A stretch of DNA of 64,000 nt from NCBI RefSeq assembly GCF_001194135.2, contig NC_068995.1, positions 36,708,466-36,772,465 of the forward strand, read 5' to 3'. The notes under the pieces are model-generated. The model had not been told where the DNA came from, ran no database searches, and saw nothing but the letters and a program-made list of their open reading frames with translations. Source of the stretch: Octopus bimaculoides (Eukaryota). Position 1 is the first letter of the stretch. Each line of letters starts with the position of its first letter. A program made the translations under genes and the position numbers. Shown here one piece after another: positions 1-12,237 of the stretch.

Positions 1-297
1 GTTTTTACATTTCATGTCCTAATACATCTGCTGTGTCTGTGTAGTCCCATCCTGGCAGGGGCCGCAAATGTAGCGAAGGCTTTGCCTGGCTGGTTGTGAT
101 GTCATAGTTTCTTGTTGACATCTTTTGTCTTTCCATTTCTCCTCTCTCCCTCTGTCACTCCTTTGTGTTCCCTCNNNNNNNNNNATATATATATATATAT
201 AAATATATGTGTGTGTGTGTGTGTGTGTATATTGTTGTTGTTGGCATCCTTTTTGTCTCAAGAGACAATGGAGTTGCGCATAAAATAATCTAGTCCA

Positions 298-570
298 GTT
301 TTTACATTTCATGTCCTAATACATCTGCTGTGTCTGTGTAGTCCCATCCTGGCAGGGGCCGCAAATGTAGCGAAGGCTTTGCCTGGCTGGTTGTGATGTC
401 ATAGTTTCTTGTTGACATCTTTTGTCTTTCCATTTCTCCTCTCTCCCTCTGTCACTCCTTTGTGTTCCCTCTTCTATGGTGCTTCACCAATCTCCACGGT
501 TGCTGGCAACTGCTTCCCAGTTGCTAATATTGATGTCACAGGCCTTCATGTCCCTTTTGCAAACATCCTT
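298..570 (-). mobile_element. RTE (BovB-like) LINE 3' end, degenerate
   Basis: Minus strand reads KDVCKRDMKACDINISNWEAVASNRGDW*...EEKWKDKR...YICGPC, matching the RTE C-terminus (KDVCKRDMK / WE..A..R..W / C-terminal Zn knuckle). Confidence 0.7.
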
Positions 571-634
571 ATATTGTCTGTAAAAAAAACGTAAATCCAG
601 AAGAAGAAAAAGCACACTCTACGATATAGAGCAG

Positions 635-746
635 TATATATTAAAAATGGGGAAGGCCGGTTTATAGGATTACCTTAGGTTTCCTGTACATAAAGTATGG
701 TGTATCGTCAGGTCCCAAAACCGGCCTTCCCCATTTCTAATATATA
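635..746 (-). ncRNA. Hammerhead-ribozyme-like motif (type I) capping a ~35-bp hairpin
   Basis: Minus strand: TGGGAC-CTGACGA-21 nt-GAAA-CCT A AGG-TA-ATCCTA. Flanked by a 29-nt inverted repeat with one mismatch (635-663 / 718-746). Confidence 0.6.
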
Positions 747-2052
747 TATATATAGCTGTCTATACTGACTACAAATTGTTATTTCAGTGGTTATTTATCC
801 TGTAGTAAGGCTTCTGTTGAGTTTTGAACCACCTGTCTCGCATGTTCAACCTCAGGACCACAGGCCCATTGTATCACCATAAAAGCATTAACACCTATGT
901 GAATATGCTCGACCAATCAGGACTGACTGACTTGTTATGGTTGATGCAGCAAACTTCAAACAAAGTGGGTGAGTTTTCCCACCAAAACAACTTGATTGAA
1001 GGTTCTAGAAAAATTGACTTGACTTATGGTTATAAAAATCTGAATTGTGCACCAGACTTGAGCCACTCAGCATTCCACACAGAACTCTGTTGCTCTGTTT
1101 ACTGAGTTGCTTGCTCTCTTCCATTTTTTCTTAACATGCTGGCGTCATATTTGACAAAAGGTATTAAACTTGAAGCATTGAATTACGCTCATTGATTATA
1201 TTCAGTAGTTTTAACCACTACTTATTTCATCACCAGTAACTGAACATTTATAACTCTTTCATAATATTATCTAGCATATTGTACTACGGAAGATTCCTGT
1301 ACTACAGAAGGTTGTTCATTGTTTTGTGAAAGTTGTTCCCTTAAATAATTTATATGTATGCATGTAAATGTAAACGATGCAAGTTGATATATGAAAAGAC
1401 CAATACCACTGGTGTGGTTTTTACAGATTTTCTTGTCAGTTGCTTGACCTTAACCAGTTGAGCATGTCCCTCAGTGGCTGGCGATATGTGCATCATAGAG
1501 AGCATCATAGCCATGTGTTGAGAGATGTCTGGAAACATGGGTGTTTCGTTCATCATCCTTAAATGAACCTCATTCAGGGATCTTTTGAGCAGGATGGACT
1601 ACTCAACCTGAAGAAAATTCTAATAGGGCCCCACCTGTGAGTCATACGCTGTTTATCTTGGTATGAGATCACCATGGCATGTACATATGGTTGTGATGCA
1701 TGTGCCTGGTGTACTCTTATCAGATGTGTAGTCATGATGGCTATATTGGGTTCTGTATATTTGTACTCCACTTTGATGGCATGCACTGCGCTCTCGCTCA
1801 ATAATGATGATGATGATGATAATAATAATAATCTTACATATGATAAAAAGCAATGTGTGACCTGCCGGTCACCCCGGTAGAAGGAGAGTAACACAACAAA
1901 TGGAGTGGAAGTGACAGTCAGAGACGCTAAAAGCAGGTAAACCGTAGTTAAGGATTTTGGTCAAAAGCCGCCAGTATTTTCATCAAAATAACATTTCAAA
2001 TTTTTATAGCAAATTGTATTTAGTTTATCCATTTCACACACACACACACACA

Positions 2053-2094
<42 letters not shown>

Positions 2095-2780
2095 TAAATA
2101 TTAAAGTCTTTTGCTTTTAAGATATCGTTCACATAACAATTATACATATACTAGGATACCCATGTCTTAAAACATGCCGACAGTTTTATTAACAATCCAT
2201 TCTACTACAGGCATAAGGTCTGAATTTTGAGGGGAAGGCATTAGTCAATTACATCGACCCCTGTGAGTTGTTGATACTTTTTTCATTGACTCCGAAAGGA
2301 TGAAAGGCAAAGTCAACCTACATATCAAAACAATGAGAGAAACCATTGCTAAATGTCAGCAATCTAGTAAACCTTGCATAGATACAGAATTGAAGCACTG
2401 GAGAATCAGATACAGTTGTAACGTCTGGATTGAAAATATCATCCACATAATGTAGATGTGTCATATGTTAGATCCGGTTCCACATGAAGTCTTGAATGGT
2501 CAGAATTTTTTATGACGCTGGTAATATTCTAGCAAATTGTGATTGTATTCTTGAGTTGTTGGATTTTTTGGGGTTTCTTTTTTTTTCTCCATCAGATACA
2601 GTTATCCCGGTTCAATTCATAAATATTTCCGCTACATGTTCCTGCTACATATCTACTCAGACAAAGCAAAGTCTGAATAAATATTATGTTTTTAAATAAC
2701 AACCACATCTATTTTGCTAAGTTATTTCATTTTCACTGAAAAATCCATCTTTCTCTCTCTATAAGTTTATTACTATTATA

Positions 2781-3965
2781 TCTAATATAAGCCATCTTTC
2801 TACTGTCTACCCATCGACATATTTGTCATTTATCGGCCCTGAAAGGATGAAACGCAAAGTCGACCTCAGTGGAATTTGAATTTAGAATGTAAAGATGGAT
2901 GAAATGCTGCTAAGCATTTTGCTTAGCGGCAAAATCAGGTGTTTTTACAGCATTTTTGACTTTGAGACAAAATATCTTTTTTACAAATGTTCACTACCTT
3001 ACAAAAACTATATCAGCTAAGCAAATAGCCTTCCCTAAAGTGTTATGACATAATCTGATCACTGTTTCAGAAAATTATCGCCATTCCCTTTGAGCACATA
3101 AAAGACAAATTTGGCTGGGGTAAAATGAATAAGACGTTCTCAATATTTTAATTTTCTCCCTTCCCACCTCAATTTCTTCATTTTCTTAATTTTTTCCAAA
3201 TTTTTTTTTATGGTAATCCATGGAGAAAAAACACAGTACAAATCTTTAAGAATTTTCTTCTTCCTTTTTCTCTTAAAAAACCCCTAAAATCTACTTCCCA
3301 AGCATCCACCCATCACCTCACCACTTTCAAAAAACTACAAACTCCCAATGTTTCACTTTTAGCCTTTTGGAAAGCAGAGAAGTTTCTTCAGAAATAATGT
3401 TGTTTACCTTTTGTTTCTAGCATGTCGGGTTTTGTGGTGGTGGTCTGGTACTTTTTACATTTGCTATTTCAGTACAATTGTATGAGGTTTTAGCTTTTTC
3501 AAAGCGGGTAGGTGATGGGTGAGCAAGGTGGGGGAAGGGGCATTGAGTATTTCTTTAAGAAAAATTACACTTTAAAGAAATATATAATATATTTACCAGA
3601 TTCTTAATCTCTGTATTTTGGTATGTGGATAAAAAAAAATTCAGAAAAAGTTACAAATTAAGAAATTGCAGTGGGGACAAAATTTTGAAAATATGATTTC
3701 TGGGCAAAATCGTATTAACCCCCTTTTATACAATGAAAAAATACATAGTTTGTGATCCTTCTTAGGAACAGAAGGCACTTTCATGCAAACCCATGCAAAT
3801 TGAACCCTCCCCCACCTTCACTTTTTAACAAACAATAACTTCCATTACACCAATAATCCAGTTCACTATATACCAGCTGTGCCAATTCTGCCCATAAGAA
3901 AAGAACAAATAATACAATGTGGTTGTAGGTTATAACACCCGGGCAACACTAAGATGCATTGCTAG
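2781..3965 (+). mobile_element. Possible non-autonomous Helitron-like element (with nested SINE fragment 2815-2930)
   Basis: A|TCTAATATAA at 2780/2781; 3' end CCCGGGCAAC...GCTAG|T at about 3938-3966; imperfect internal inverted repeat (about 3307-3345 vs 3485-3523). Confidence 0.4.
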
Positions 3966-4371
3966 TTATATTTAAATGTTTTCAAGTATCTATGTTATTT
4001 TTGTTTTAGCTCATGAGGAGCAGACATTGCTTGTCTTTCTACTTAAGTGTACCATAAGTAGCCAATAGTCTGCCATTGTTGATTTTTATTTCATTGCTAA
4101 ATACTCATGTTGATGGTTGAATGAGTTGTTCTACTGTTTATTTTATTAATAACCCCAAGCTCGCCACTGCAATGGGATAAAAACAAGATTTTATAAAATT
4201 TTCCGTGAGTCTGATTTGTTAGTTCATAAAAATATCATCTTACTATGGATTAATAAGTAATTGTACAGATTTTTTTTCAGTCGTGAGCAAAACTTATCTA
4301 TCCAGCAAATATAATTTCTTGATCAAAACATTTTATTATTAGCCACGTCGTTTTTATCAATACTTCATATA

Positions 4372-5160
4372 CAGTGTGTTTGGGCCAAATTTCATGAATT
4401 TTTATGTTCCCAGTTTTCAGGAACAGCTTGATGTATTGGTGAACAGTCAACGATGTTGGAGAACAAAGATTATAGTTTTGGTTGAGAAAATGTTAGCTGA
4501 TGTGGAAGACTGGAAACTATCTGAATATCAGATAAGAGTTACTTGGATCATGAAGATTCGCACTGGGTATTGAGATGCTGACGTCATAACTGCTGCCCAG
4601 TGCTCTGTGAACTCTGTATAAGACATGGCATGGATATCATGAAAATTAAGTTCCCTCCAAATTGCGATGATCTTTTTTAGTGTCTCTTGTGAGGGTGACA
4701 TCATGCCGATTCACGTCATTGATCAGAGCCTTAGGTTCAATTCAGACAGCTATGTGAAGCAGCTGGAGACTATATTCAAACACTGGTTGGAGAAGGCTGC
4801 GGCAGGATTTGACTTCTTACTTTACTTCAGGAAAGAGACAGATGTGATTGTCAGAGAAGTTTTGTGACTTCACCAGTCCCAATTTCTGGCCTCTCTATTT
4901 TCTGCGATTGTAATCCCATTGCTATGTGTGGGACTTGGTTGAGAAAGACACCAACCATTCTGCCTGCAACACCAAGGCCAAGCTGGTGGCTAAAATCAAG
5001 GAAGTATTTGAAGATCTTTCCAAGGACATAGTGAAGAATGCATGTGCCAAGTTCCAGAGCTGTCTTGGGACCATGGTGGAAGCTGAGGGTGGCTACTTTG
5101 AGTAAACTGTTATCTCCCAACCATAATCTAGTCGATATTTAAAAAAATTTTTTGAAATAC
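4372..5160 (+). mobile_element. Tc1/mariner-superfamily transposase remnant
   Basis: TA|CAGTG start; frameshifted DFTSPNFWP... then YVWDLVEKDTNHSACNTKAKLVAKIKEVFEDLSKDIVKNACAKFQSCLGTMVEAEGGYFE*, a typical C-terminus. Confidence 0.8.
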
Positions 5161-5325
5161 TTTTATTTTTGTATGGGATATTGTCTCCTTTCCTTTTATG
5201 TGAAGTATCAAATTTAGCCTCATGTAATCTGTATGATCTAGAGTTCATTTTTTGCTGTGGAACAAATGAATAATTGGTTACAGAATAATTTTTAACGGGT
5301 GGCTGTGTGGTAAGANNNNNNNNNN

Positions 5326-5483
5326 CAGAATAATTTTTAACAGGTGGCTGTGTGGTAAGAAACTTGCTTCCCAGCCACATGGTCCTGGATTCAATCCCAC
5401 TGTATGACACCCAGAATAGTCTTGGGTTGACCAAAGCCTTGTTAGTGGATTTGTTAGATGGAAACTGAAAGAAGCCTGTCATG

Positions 5484-5525
<42 letters not shown>

Positions 5526-5650
5526 CTAGGAGTGTGTCTGTGTGTTTGTCTCCTACTACCACTTGGGATTGATTTGTTTGACTAAAACCCTTCAAGGTGG
5601 TGCCCCAGCATGGCTGCAGACAAATGACTGAAACAAGTGAAAGATAAAAG
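5326..5650 (+). mobile_element. tRNA-derived CORE-type SINE (family B) copy
   Basis: GGCTGTGTGGTAAG A-box, GGATTCAATCCC B-box, internal (TA)n, tail GGTGCCCCAGCATGGC...GACTGAAACAAG; many similar copies in the window. Confidence 0.8.
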
Positions 5651-6754
5651 TTAGCCATAAAGCCAGAAATGTGGGATGGATAGTCAGTTATATAGAATCC
5701 AATGGTACTTTGTTGGTTTCAGAAGAATGAAAGTCAAAATCGACCTGAAAATGTAAAGGATTGTAACTAAATACAGCAAGGCACTTGTTGAACACTCTTA
5801 CAATTCTGCCAATCCACTGCCTTAGTTACTGAATTATCAAAATAATTCATTGAAATAACCAAAAGAATCATCAATTAGTCATTTAGCCAAAATATCAAGG
5901 CTATTTTCAAACAGCTGATAATTAGAATTGGTTAGCGTCTGAACTGCTGGAATGATGTTTGTATTTTGGGAGTTGGTTAGTCAGTGCTACCATATTTAGC
6001 ATTAATGTATAAAGTATTCAAAAGCTGACTAGAAATAAATATGTGATGAACAATAAAACAATAATAATCAAAATTTATTATTATTCTGATATTCTAATAT
6101 ATATGAGAGACAACCCCAGACATGTTTTGGTCTTATTCTAACTTCATTAGCAAAGCACAACCATACTGTCAAATAATACTTGATATTCATTTCAAATTTT
6201 GGCACTAAGCCAGCAATTTCAGGGTAAGGTTTAGTCAATTACATTAACCCCATTGCTCAACTGGTACTTGTTTTATTGATCTCAAAAGAGCTCAGTGGAA
6301 TTTTGACTCAGAATGTAATGATGGATGAAATGCCACCAAGCATTTTGCATGGCCTGCTAATGATAATTCAAGTTTAGTGCTGTAATTATCCTTAATAGAA
6401 AGAAGATTTACATGAGGCAAAATAGTCATTTTTGTTTCATATTCCAAATCTCATTCATTGTAATATTTGAGTACTCCAATAAATGTAAGTAAAATGGAGA
6501 ATCTGAAATTTGGACATATAAGTTGTACTTTCCAAATAAGTTATCTTTACAAATACTAAATGTATCATTATCATGAACGAAATTGTCACCATTGTATTAA
6601 GATGCATTTTTTTTTCTGTGTTAGTATTGGTTGGACTGGCCTGGAATATGGAAATTGACCACTGGTCTAAGTGTTGTGCATCCCTTTATCCACGAGAAGA
6701 TATCTAAAGTCTGATCTAGTGACTTTCTCCAAAATAGTTAGTCATGTACATAAG

Positions 6755-7120
6755 CACAGGTGAGGCTGTGTGGTAAGAAACTTGCTTCCCAACCACATGT
6801 TGGGCAAGTGTTTTCTGCTATAGCCTTGAGCTGACCAAAGCCTTGTGAGTAGATATGGTAGATGGAAACTGAAAGAAGCCTCTCATGTATATATAGTTAT
6901 GTGTGTATGTCTTTGTGTCTGTTTGTCTCCCCCACCATTGCCTGACAACTGATGTTGGTATGTTTATGTCCCTGAAACTTAATGGTTCAGCAAAAGAGAC
7001 CTATAGAATAAGTACTAGGCTTACAAAGAATAAGTCCCAGGGTCAATTTGTTCGACTAAAGGTGGTGCTCCAGCATGGCTACAATCAAATGACTGAAACT
7101 TGTAAAAGGGTAAAAGAGTA
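6755..7120 (+). mobile_element. CORE-type SINE (family B) copy
   Basis: GCACAGG...GGCTGTGTGGTAAG head, TTGGGCAAGTG core, GGAAACTGAAAGAAGCC, standard tail. Confidence 0.8.
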
Positions 7121-8274
7121 AAGTTCTAAGTAAACTCTTATCAAGTAGACCTAGAGTATGCAAGTAAGCTGGCCCGTTAACCAGGCACAACATAGATTTG
7201 TTATTCCAGATATACTATGCTTCTAACCTAATTGAGAACTATATAGCCCTCTTTGGCATGCAATCACAACTCATATGGAGTGCAGAGTCTGGATATGTTA
7301 TAGTATCCCCACTTTCTCTGTCAGCTTACTTATGCTCTACCATTCATGCTGTAAATCATAATGAACTAATTTCTCTCCACCTTCTGCTGATCTTCTCTTC
7401 AGTATCCATATCTTGTCATAATACAACACCTCACTCCTGACACATGCTTTATACTGTCAACTTTTTGCACACAGGGACAGTGAGGTTTAGAACATCCACT
7501 CCATATATGAAACTCTGCTGTATTTCTGTTTATATTTAACATGTAGAATGCTTGCCTCAGGTATTTCTCCTCAGCCACAATGCTAATACTTAACATCCAT
7601 TATTTTTATATCTACTAATCATTTCTGAGTCTGGCCAACTGAGATGAATATCTTTTGCTGATGAGATCTAGAAAGGTTGGAAACTATCCATTTTTTTTTT
7701 TTCAGCATTTGGGCTTAAACACAAAATCCACTTACTGCATGGTTTATATTTTCTAAAAATTTAGATTAGCTGATCATATTCAAATGATTTCTCTTGTTTG
7801 ATTTTAGGCTTTAAACTTCTTAAAGGAACATCCATGCATCCTATTTAATGTAAATGTATTGTTGAAAGACAAATTACTGCAGTATTTGTCCAGAGATAGC
7901 ATCAGTTATCAATAAATATTAGAGAGAGAGGCAAAACTCATCCCAGCAACAACTAGCTAGAACATCATATGCATTTCAGCCTTGTCGAGCCTTATCAATG
8001 GCATATACTCACAGCCGGTCACATGCTTAATTGAGATTTGTCTCCTCTGATATAAAGGCAATAGATATTAAAACATGCACAGGTATTATGAATAGCTGCC
8101 TAACTGAATAAAAATCCATTGCACACAATAGAAGCAATATTAAATAAGCAGCTATTTGCAAACCCAGTGATGGTTTTATTGCTTGTTTCCTCTATATCAG
8201 AGTTGACAAAAATCTTGCCTATGCATATAGCTACAGCAAGTACATGCCATTAATAATATGTATTGTGATTTTAA

Positions 8275-8490
8275 ATAAGGTGGAAAACTGGTAGAACCAT
8301 TGGCATGCTGGGCACAATGCTTAGTGACATTTCATCTGTCTTTATGTTCTGAGTACAAATTCTGCCGAGGCCAACTTTGCCTTTTATCCTTTCGGGATTG
8401 ATAAAATAAGTATTAGTTGAACACTGGGGTTGATGTAATCAACTTACCCCCTCCTCCAAAATTGATGACCTTGTCCCAAAATTTGAAAGC
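8275..8490 (+). mobile_element. tRNA-derived SINE family A (core GCCTTTCATCCTTTCGGGGTCGATAAA; Meta/Nin-like, assignment not confirmed)
   Basis: Head GGTGG..CTGGTAGAA, TTCTGAGTACAAATTC B-box, GCCTTTTATCCTTTCGGG core. Other copies near 2180-2320, 6185-6370, 13515-13730, 15190-15405, 27330-27530, 61720-61985. Confidence 0.8.
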
Positions 8491-8503
8491 AATATACAGG
8501 ATG

Positions 8504-8785
8504 CGCAAGGTATTTGAGGATATACCTTTTTTAGATAGACAGATAAACTATTACATGTGGAGCATTGTTGAGAGAGAGGTCAACGAACACACCTATAACA
8601 CCAAAGATTCTTTGAAAGCTGCTATAGTCAGATAAATGTCCAAAATGAACCAGGACCACTTGATTCAAGCATGTAGATGATTTAGATCTCATATAGAAGC
8701 AGTTGTTGAAACTGAAGGTGGCTTTATTGAATAACATTATAGAAAAGAAGGTTTATTTTTATCCTCATAACATTTTTTGGGTAAA
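8504..8785 (+). mobile_element. Tc1/mariner 3' transposase remnant
   Basis: YYMWSIVEREVNEHTYNTKDSLKAAIVR*MSKMNQDHLIQACR*FRSHIEAVVETEGGFIE*, same type as 4372-5160. Confidence 0.8.
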
Positions 8786-9067
8786 ACAGCTGCAAGAGAA
8801 ATACCTAACCAAAGATAAACCTCTGTACCTGGCTTTACATTATGTTTCATAGATCAATGTTTTAATTGAATACTGCATATAATGGATGTTAAAGGGTGTC
8901 TTTATCTTATAAGTGCAAGAGTAATCTCAGTGAATCAGTTTTTCAGTGGCACCCTACCTTGTGGTATGTCTTTCATACATCTTGTGAATATTTAATAATA
9001 TTTAGTAATCTAACTGAGTACACACAGCAAAACTTATAATCAAAGTAGAACAATAGCCAAATATTTG

Positions 9068-9241
9068 TCATCATCATCATCATCATCATCATCGTTTAAC
9101 GTCCGCTTTCCATGCTAGCATGGGTTGGACGATTTGACTGAGGACTGGTGAAACCGGATGGCAACACCAGGCTCCAATCTAAATTTGGCAGAGTTTCTAC
9201 AGCTGGATGCCCTTCCTAACGCCAACCACTCAGAGAGTGTA
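9068..9241 (-). mobile_element. RTE-tail SINE/LINE 3' end (family C, ends TTAAACGATGATGATG), young copy
   Basis: Minus: GTGGTTGGCGTTAGGAAGGGCATCCAGCTGTAGAAAC...GGACGTTAAACGA(TGA)n. Related copies near 23160-23380, 31600-31730, 47500-47690, 48720-48915, 58260-58460, 59870-60110. Confidence 0.75.
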
Positions 9242-10078
9242 GTATATAGATACTGAAAATATGTTTGAGGAAAACTGAACATTATTAAGAGAAGTATAAA
9301 GTAACACCATAATTCTTATGTATAAATTGGTCTAAAAAGTATTGAATAAAACACTTAACTTTCTATATTCATATTTATTGTTCTATAGTAACATAATATC
9401 TAGTTAGATGCTACTTACACAAATGTAATTAAAGAACAATCCATTTTCATTAGATACAAAAATGCAAAGAATACTGGCTCATTATAAAACAGGTAGTATT
9501 AAAAAACAAAAAAAACTTCATCAGCTGTGCATAAATATTTCCTTTCCATGTGGAAATCCCATCTGTTAAATTGACAATATATATGCTCAGCTTTGAAGTT
9601 ATTATTTTATACTTCAGATAACAATACATACATATACATACATACATACATATGTGTATATATCTATGTGTGTGTGTGTGTGTATATATATATATGTTGG
9701 GTACGACCGTGCGAAATCATAAAAGGAGAAATGGTGACGAATGGAAAAACAGAGGACTCCTTTTATTTAAACGTGTCACACGGTCGAACACAAAATATAT
9801 ATATCATGTGATGATATACAAGATATGTTATGCGACAATAACATAGATGACCAGTAATGAAAGACCACAACCGTATTAGATGAATAACAGAGATATTTAT
9901 TGTAGCGTTAAAGATGTATGTCTGTGTGTGAGTGTGAATGCGACATATAATAACATAATCAAAGACAGGCCGTCGTACAAAGAAAAGTATGTATGTGAGT
10001 GATACATGTATGTGTATGTGAGTTATTACAGCAAATAGAAAGAGTCAATAACACGTGAGCAATTATACCAGTTCTTTA

Positions 10079-10437
10079 NNNNNNNNNNNNNNNNNNNNNN
10101 NNNNNNNNNNNNNNNNNNNNNNNNNNNNNNNNNNNNNNNNNNNNNNNNNNNNNNNNNNNNNNNNNNNNNNNNNNNNNNNNNNNNNNNNNNNNNNNNNNNN
10201 NNNNNNNNNNNNNNNNNNNNNNNNNNNNNNNNNNNNNNNNNNNNNNNNNNNNNNNNNNNNNNNNNNNNNNNNNNNNNNNNNNNNNNNNNNNNNNNNNNNN
10301 NNNNNNNNNNNNNNNNNNNNNNNNNNNNNNNNNNNNNNNNNNNNNNNNNNNNNNNNNNNNNNNNNNNNNNNNNNNNNNNNNNNNNNNNNNNNNNNNNNNN
10401 NNNNNNNNNNNNNNNNNNNNNNNNNNNNNNNNNNNNN
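10079..10437. other. Assembly gap (others: 175-184, 5316-5325, 13062-13196, 33228-33318, 47909-~48522, 55745-55840)
   Basis: Runs of N. Confidence 0.99.
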
Positions 10438-10439
10438 TC

Positions 10440-10740
10440 TCAAAGAGAAACTGGACCGAGACAAATTTGTTGGGTATGAGTTAAAGCTATTTATAACAAA
10501 CTATTGGCTCCCGATGGCTTCAGAATTTTACTCTATCACGTGACCTTATTAGGGGCCGTGATTGGTCAGTTTGCGTTCTGGCGGGAACGGTTCGAAGAAG
10601 TTGCCGATTCGAATAATAATCAGTCACGTGATGACAAGGAATGGGTTCTCTACTACGCTCGCGTTTATTTATATTTAAATGAGAAGATTGTATGTAATGG
10701 CGATAGTAGTTTGTATCTGATGGCGGGAGGTAGTTTCACT
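10440..10740. promoter_or_regulatory. CpG-rich promoter-like island
   Basis: TCACGTGAC (10536-44), GTCACGTGAT (10623-32), ATTGG x2 (10503, 10561), TGGCGGGAA E2F-like (10579-87), ATGGCG x2; unique and CpG-rich in a CpG-poor background. Confidence 0.55.
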
Positions 10741-11341
10741 ACATATATATACACACATATATATACACAACTAGTTTTGCAGAGTAGCACACCAACAATT
10801 ATGTCTGCCTATGCTCCCTAAATGGGGGTGCTAAATGAACAAAATATTCTGTTGCAGGCTACCTCAGAGACAAATAACAGTGACCTTATCTTCAGTGGTA
10901 TCAATGAATTCAGATTACTTCAACTCACCCTTGCAGATAGTGCTTGCTATGACACGACCATGGGCATGAGTGCCTTTAATGTGTCACCAACATGGTTGCC
11001 TTTTATGTGTCACCAACATGGGTACCTTTTACATGACACCAGCATGGTTGCCTTTTACGTGTCTCTGGAGCAATGCTGATACTTTGATGCTGTAAAATCT
11101 TCAGCTGTTGGGATGCAAGATGGAGTCTGATCAATCCCATTTGAGTCACCTAAGCCAGGGTGTCTGATACTGAAAGACCCAAAACACTAAATTATTCCAG
11201 CTTACACCACTGACAATACTTCTAGACTTATCCAGGTGTTATCGTACATGAGTTGCTCGTATAATGTTGTAATTTAAATGTGAAATTTTAATATTTCTTG
11301 TTGCTTATCTGATTAGCCATTGCTTTTACTATTCAGCTATA

Positions 11342-11546
11342 TACAAGGGTGTGCTGAGAAGTATTGCTTAAGGCCTGGTTGGAGGCCTAACCTTCTGAGT
11401 TCTTTTACAGGGCTTAGAAAAACTGAAAGACCACTGCAATAAGTGTGTGAATCTGAGAGGGGAATATGTCACATAAAATCATAATTAACTGACCCTCCTG
11501 TATTTTCTTTTACCCAAAGCCGGGAACTTTCCAGCACCTCCTCATG
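11342..11546. mobile_element. mariner-type MITE fragment (second copy about 12812-12976)
   Basis: TACAAGGGTGTGCTGAGAAGT ... GGAACTTTCCAGCACCTCCTCATG termini; shared internal AAAGAAAATACAGGA..ATTATGATTTTAT block with 12812-12976. Confidence 0.65.
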
Positions 11547-11699
11547 TGTGTGTTTGTCTACCATTATTGCTTGATAATCAGTCATTACTACACATACACT
11601 TACTACATGGATAAAAACAATTTAATAAGCATTGCAAGTCATCTCAGTGCCTCATTATTGCATAATCATTTTATCACTTTTACAGTCTCCTGTGAAATA

Positions 11700-12237
11700 C
11701 AGGGTCCGGCAAAATGATCTGACACATTTGTAGGTTTAATAAAAGGCAAATAAATTAAAGTTACAAAAAAGTTTTTTTCATTTTCGAAAGGTACATATAA
11801 TGCCACTCTCTGTATCCTTCTCGACGTGCGATAGGAATTTTGAGGGAGATGTTTCCTGGTCATTGAATCGCATTGCGTGGTGACATCGGTTGGCCCGCCC
11901 GATCACCTGATTTAAATCCTTGCGATTTTTTCCTCTGGAGATACCTCAAGTCAAAGGTATACATTAATCGCCCTCGATTTATTGAACAACTTAAAGATGC
12001 CATTTGTCAAGAAATTGCTGCCATTCCTCATGAAATGATCCGCCGAGTTATGGACAACTTTCATGAACGCCTTCGACAGTGTGTGGACAATGACGGCTCC
12101 CATTTGATTGATTTAATTTTTAAAACCAAATGAAACAAAATGGCATTATATGTACTTTTCAAAAATCAATTATTTTTTTTGTTTCTTCACTTTTTTTTTT
12201 AATCCAAAAATGTGTCAGATCATTTTGCTGGACCCTA
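11700..12237 (+). mobile_element. Internally deleted Tc1-like transposon with both TIRs
   Basis: TA|CAGGGTCCGGCAAAATGATCTGACACATTT ... AAATGTGTCAGATCATTTTGCTGGACCCTA|TA; ORF 11873-12133 RGDIGWPARSPDLNPCDFFLWRYLKSKVY... Confidence 0.9.

Noticed and set aside
1-471. 174-bp direct duplication (1-174 / 298-471)
   Set aside because: Identical copies straddling a 10-N gap; most likely a scaffolding artefact.
824-1105. 93-aa ORF and surrounding unique-looking sequence
   Set aside because: No recognisable domain on either strand; other frames have stops; probably a decayed repeat.
5281-5360. 30-bp duplication of a SINE head
   Set aside because: Flanks the 5316-5325 gap; likely an assembly artefact.
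1850-6720. + strand donor (about 1939) and acceptor-like sites (about 2596, 4010, 6625) as a possible gene
   Set aside because: Could not be joined into a phase-consistent ORF with a recognisable product.
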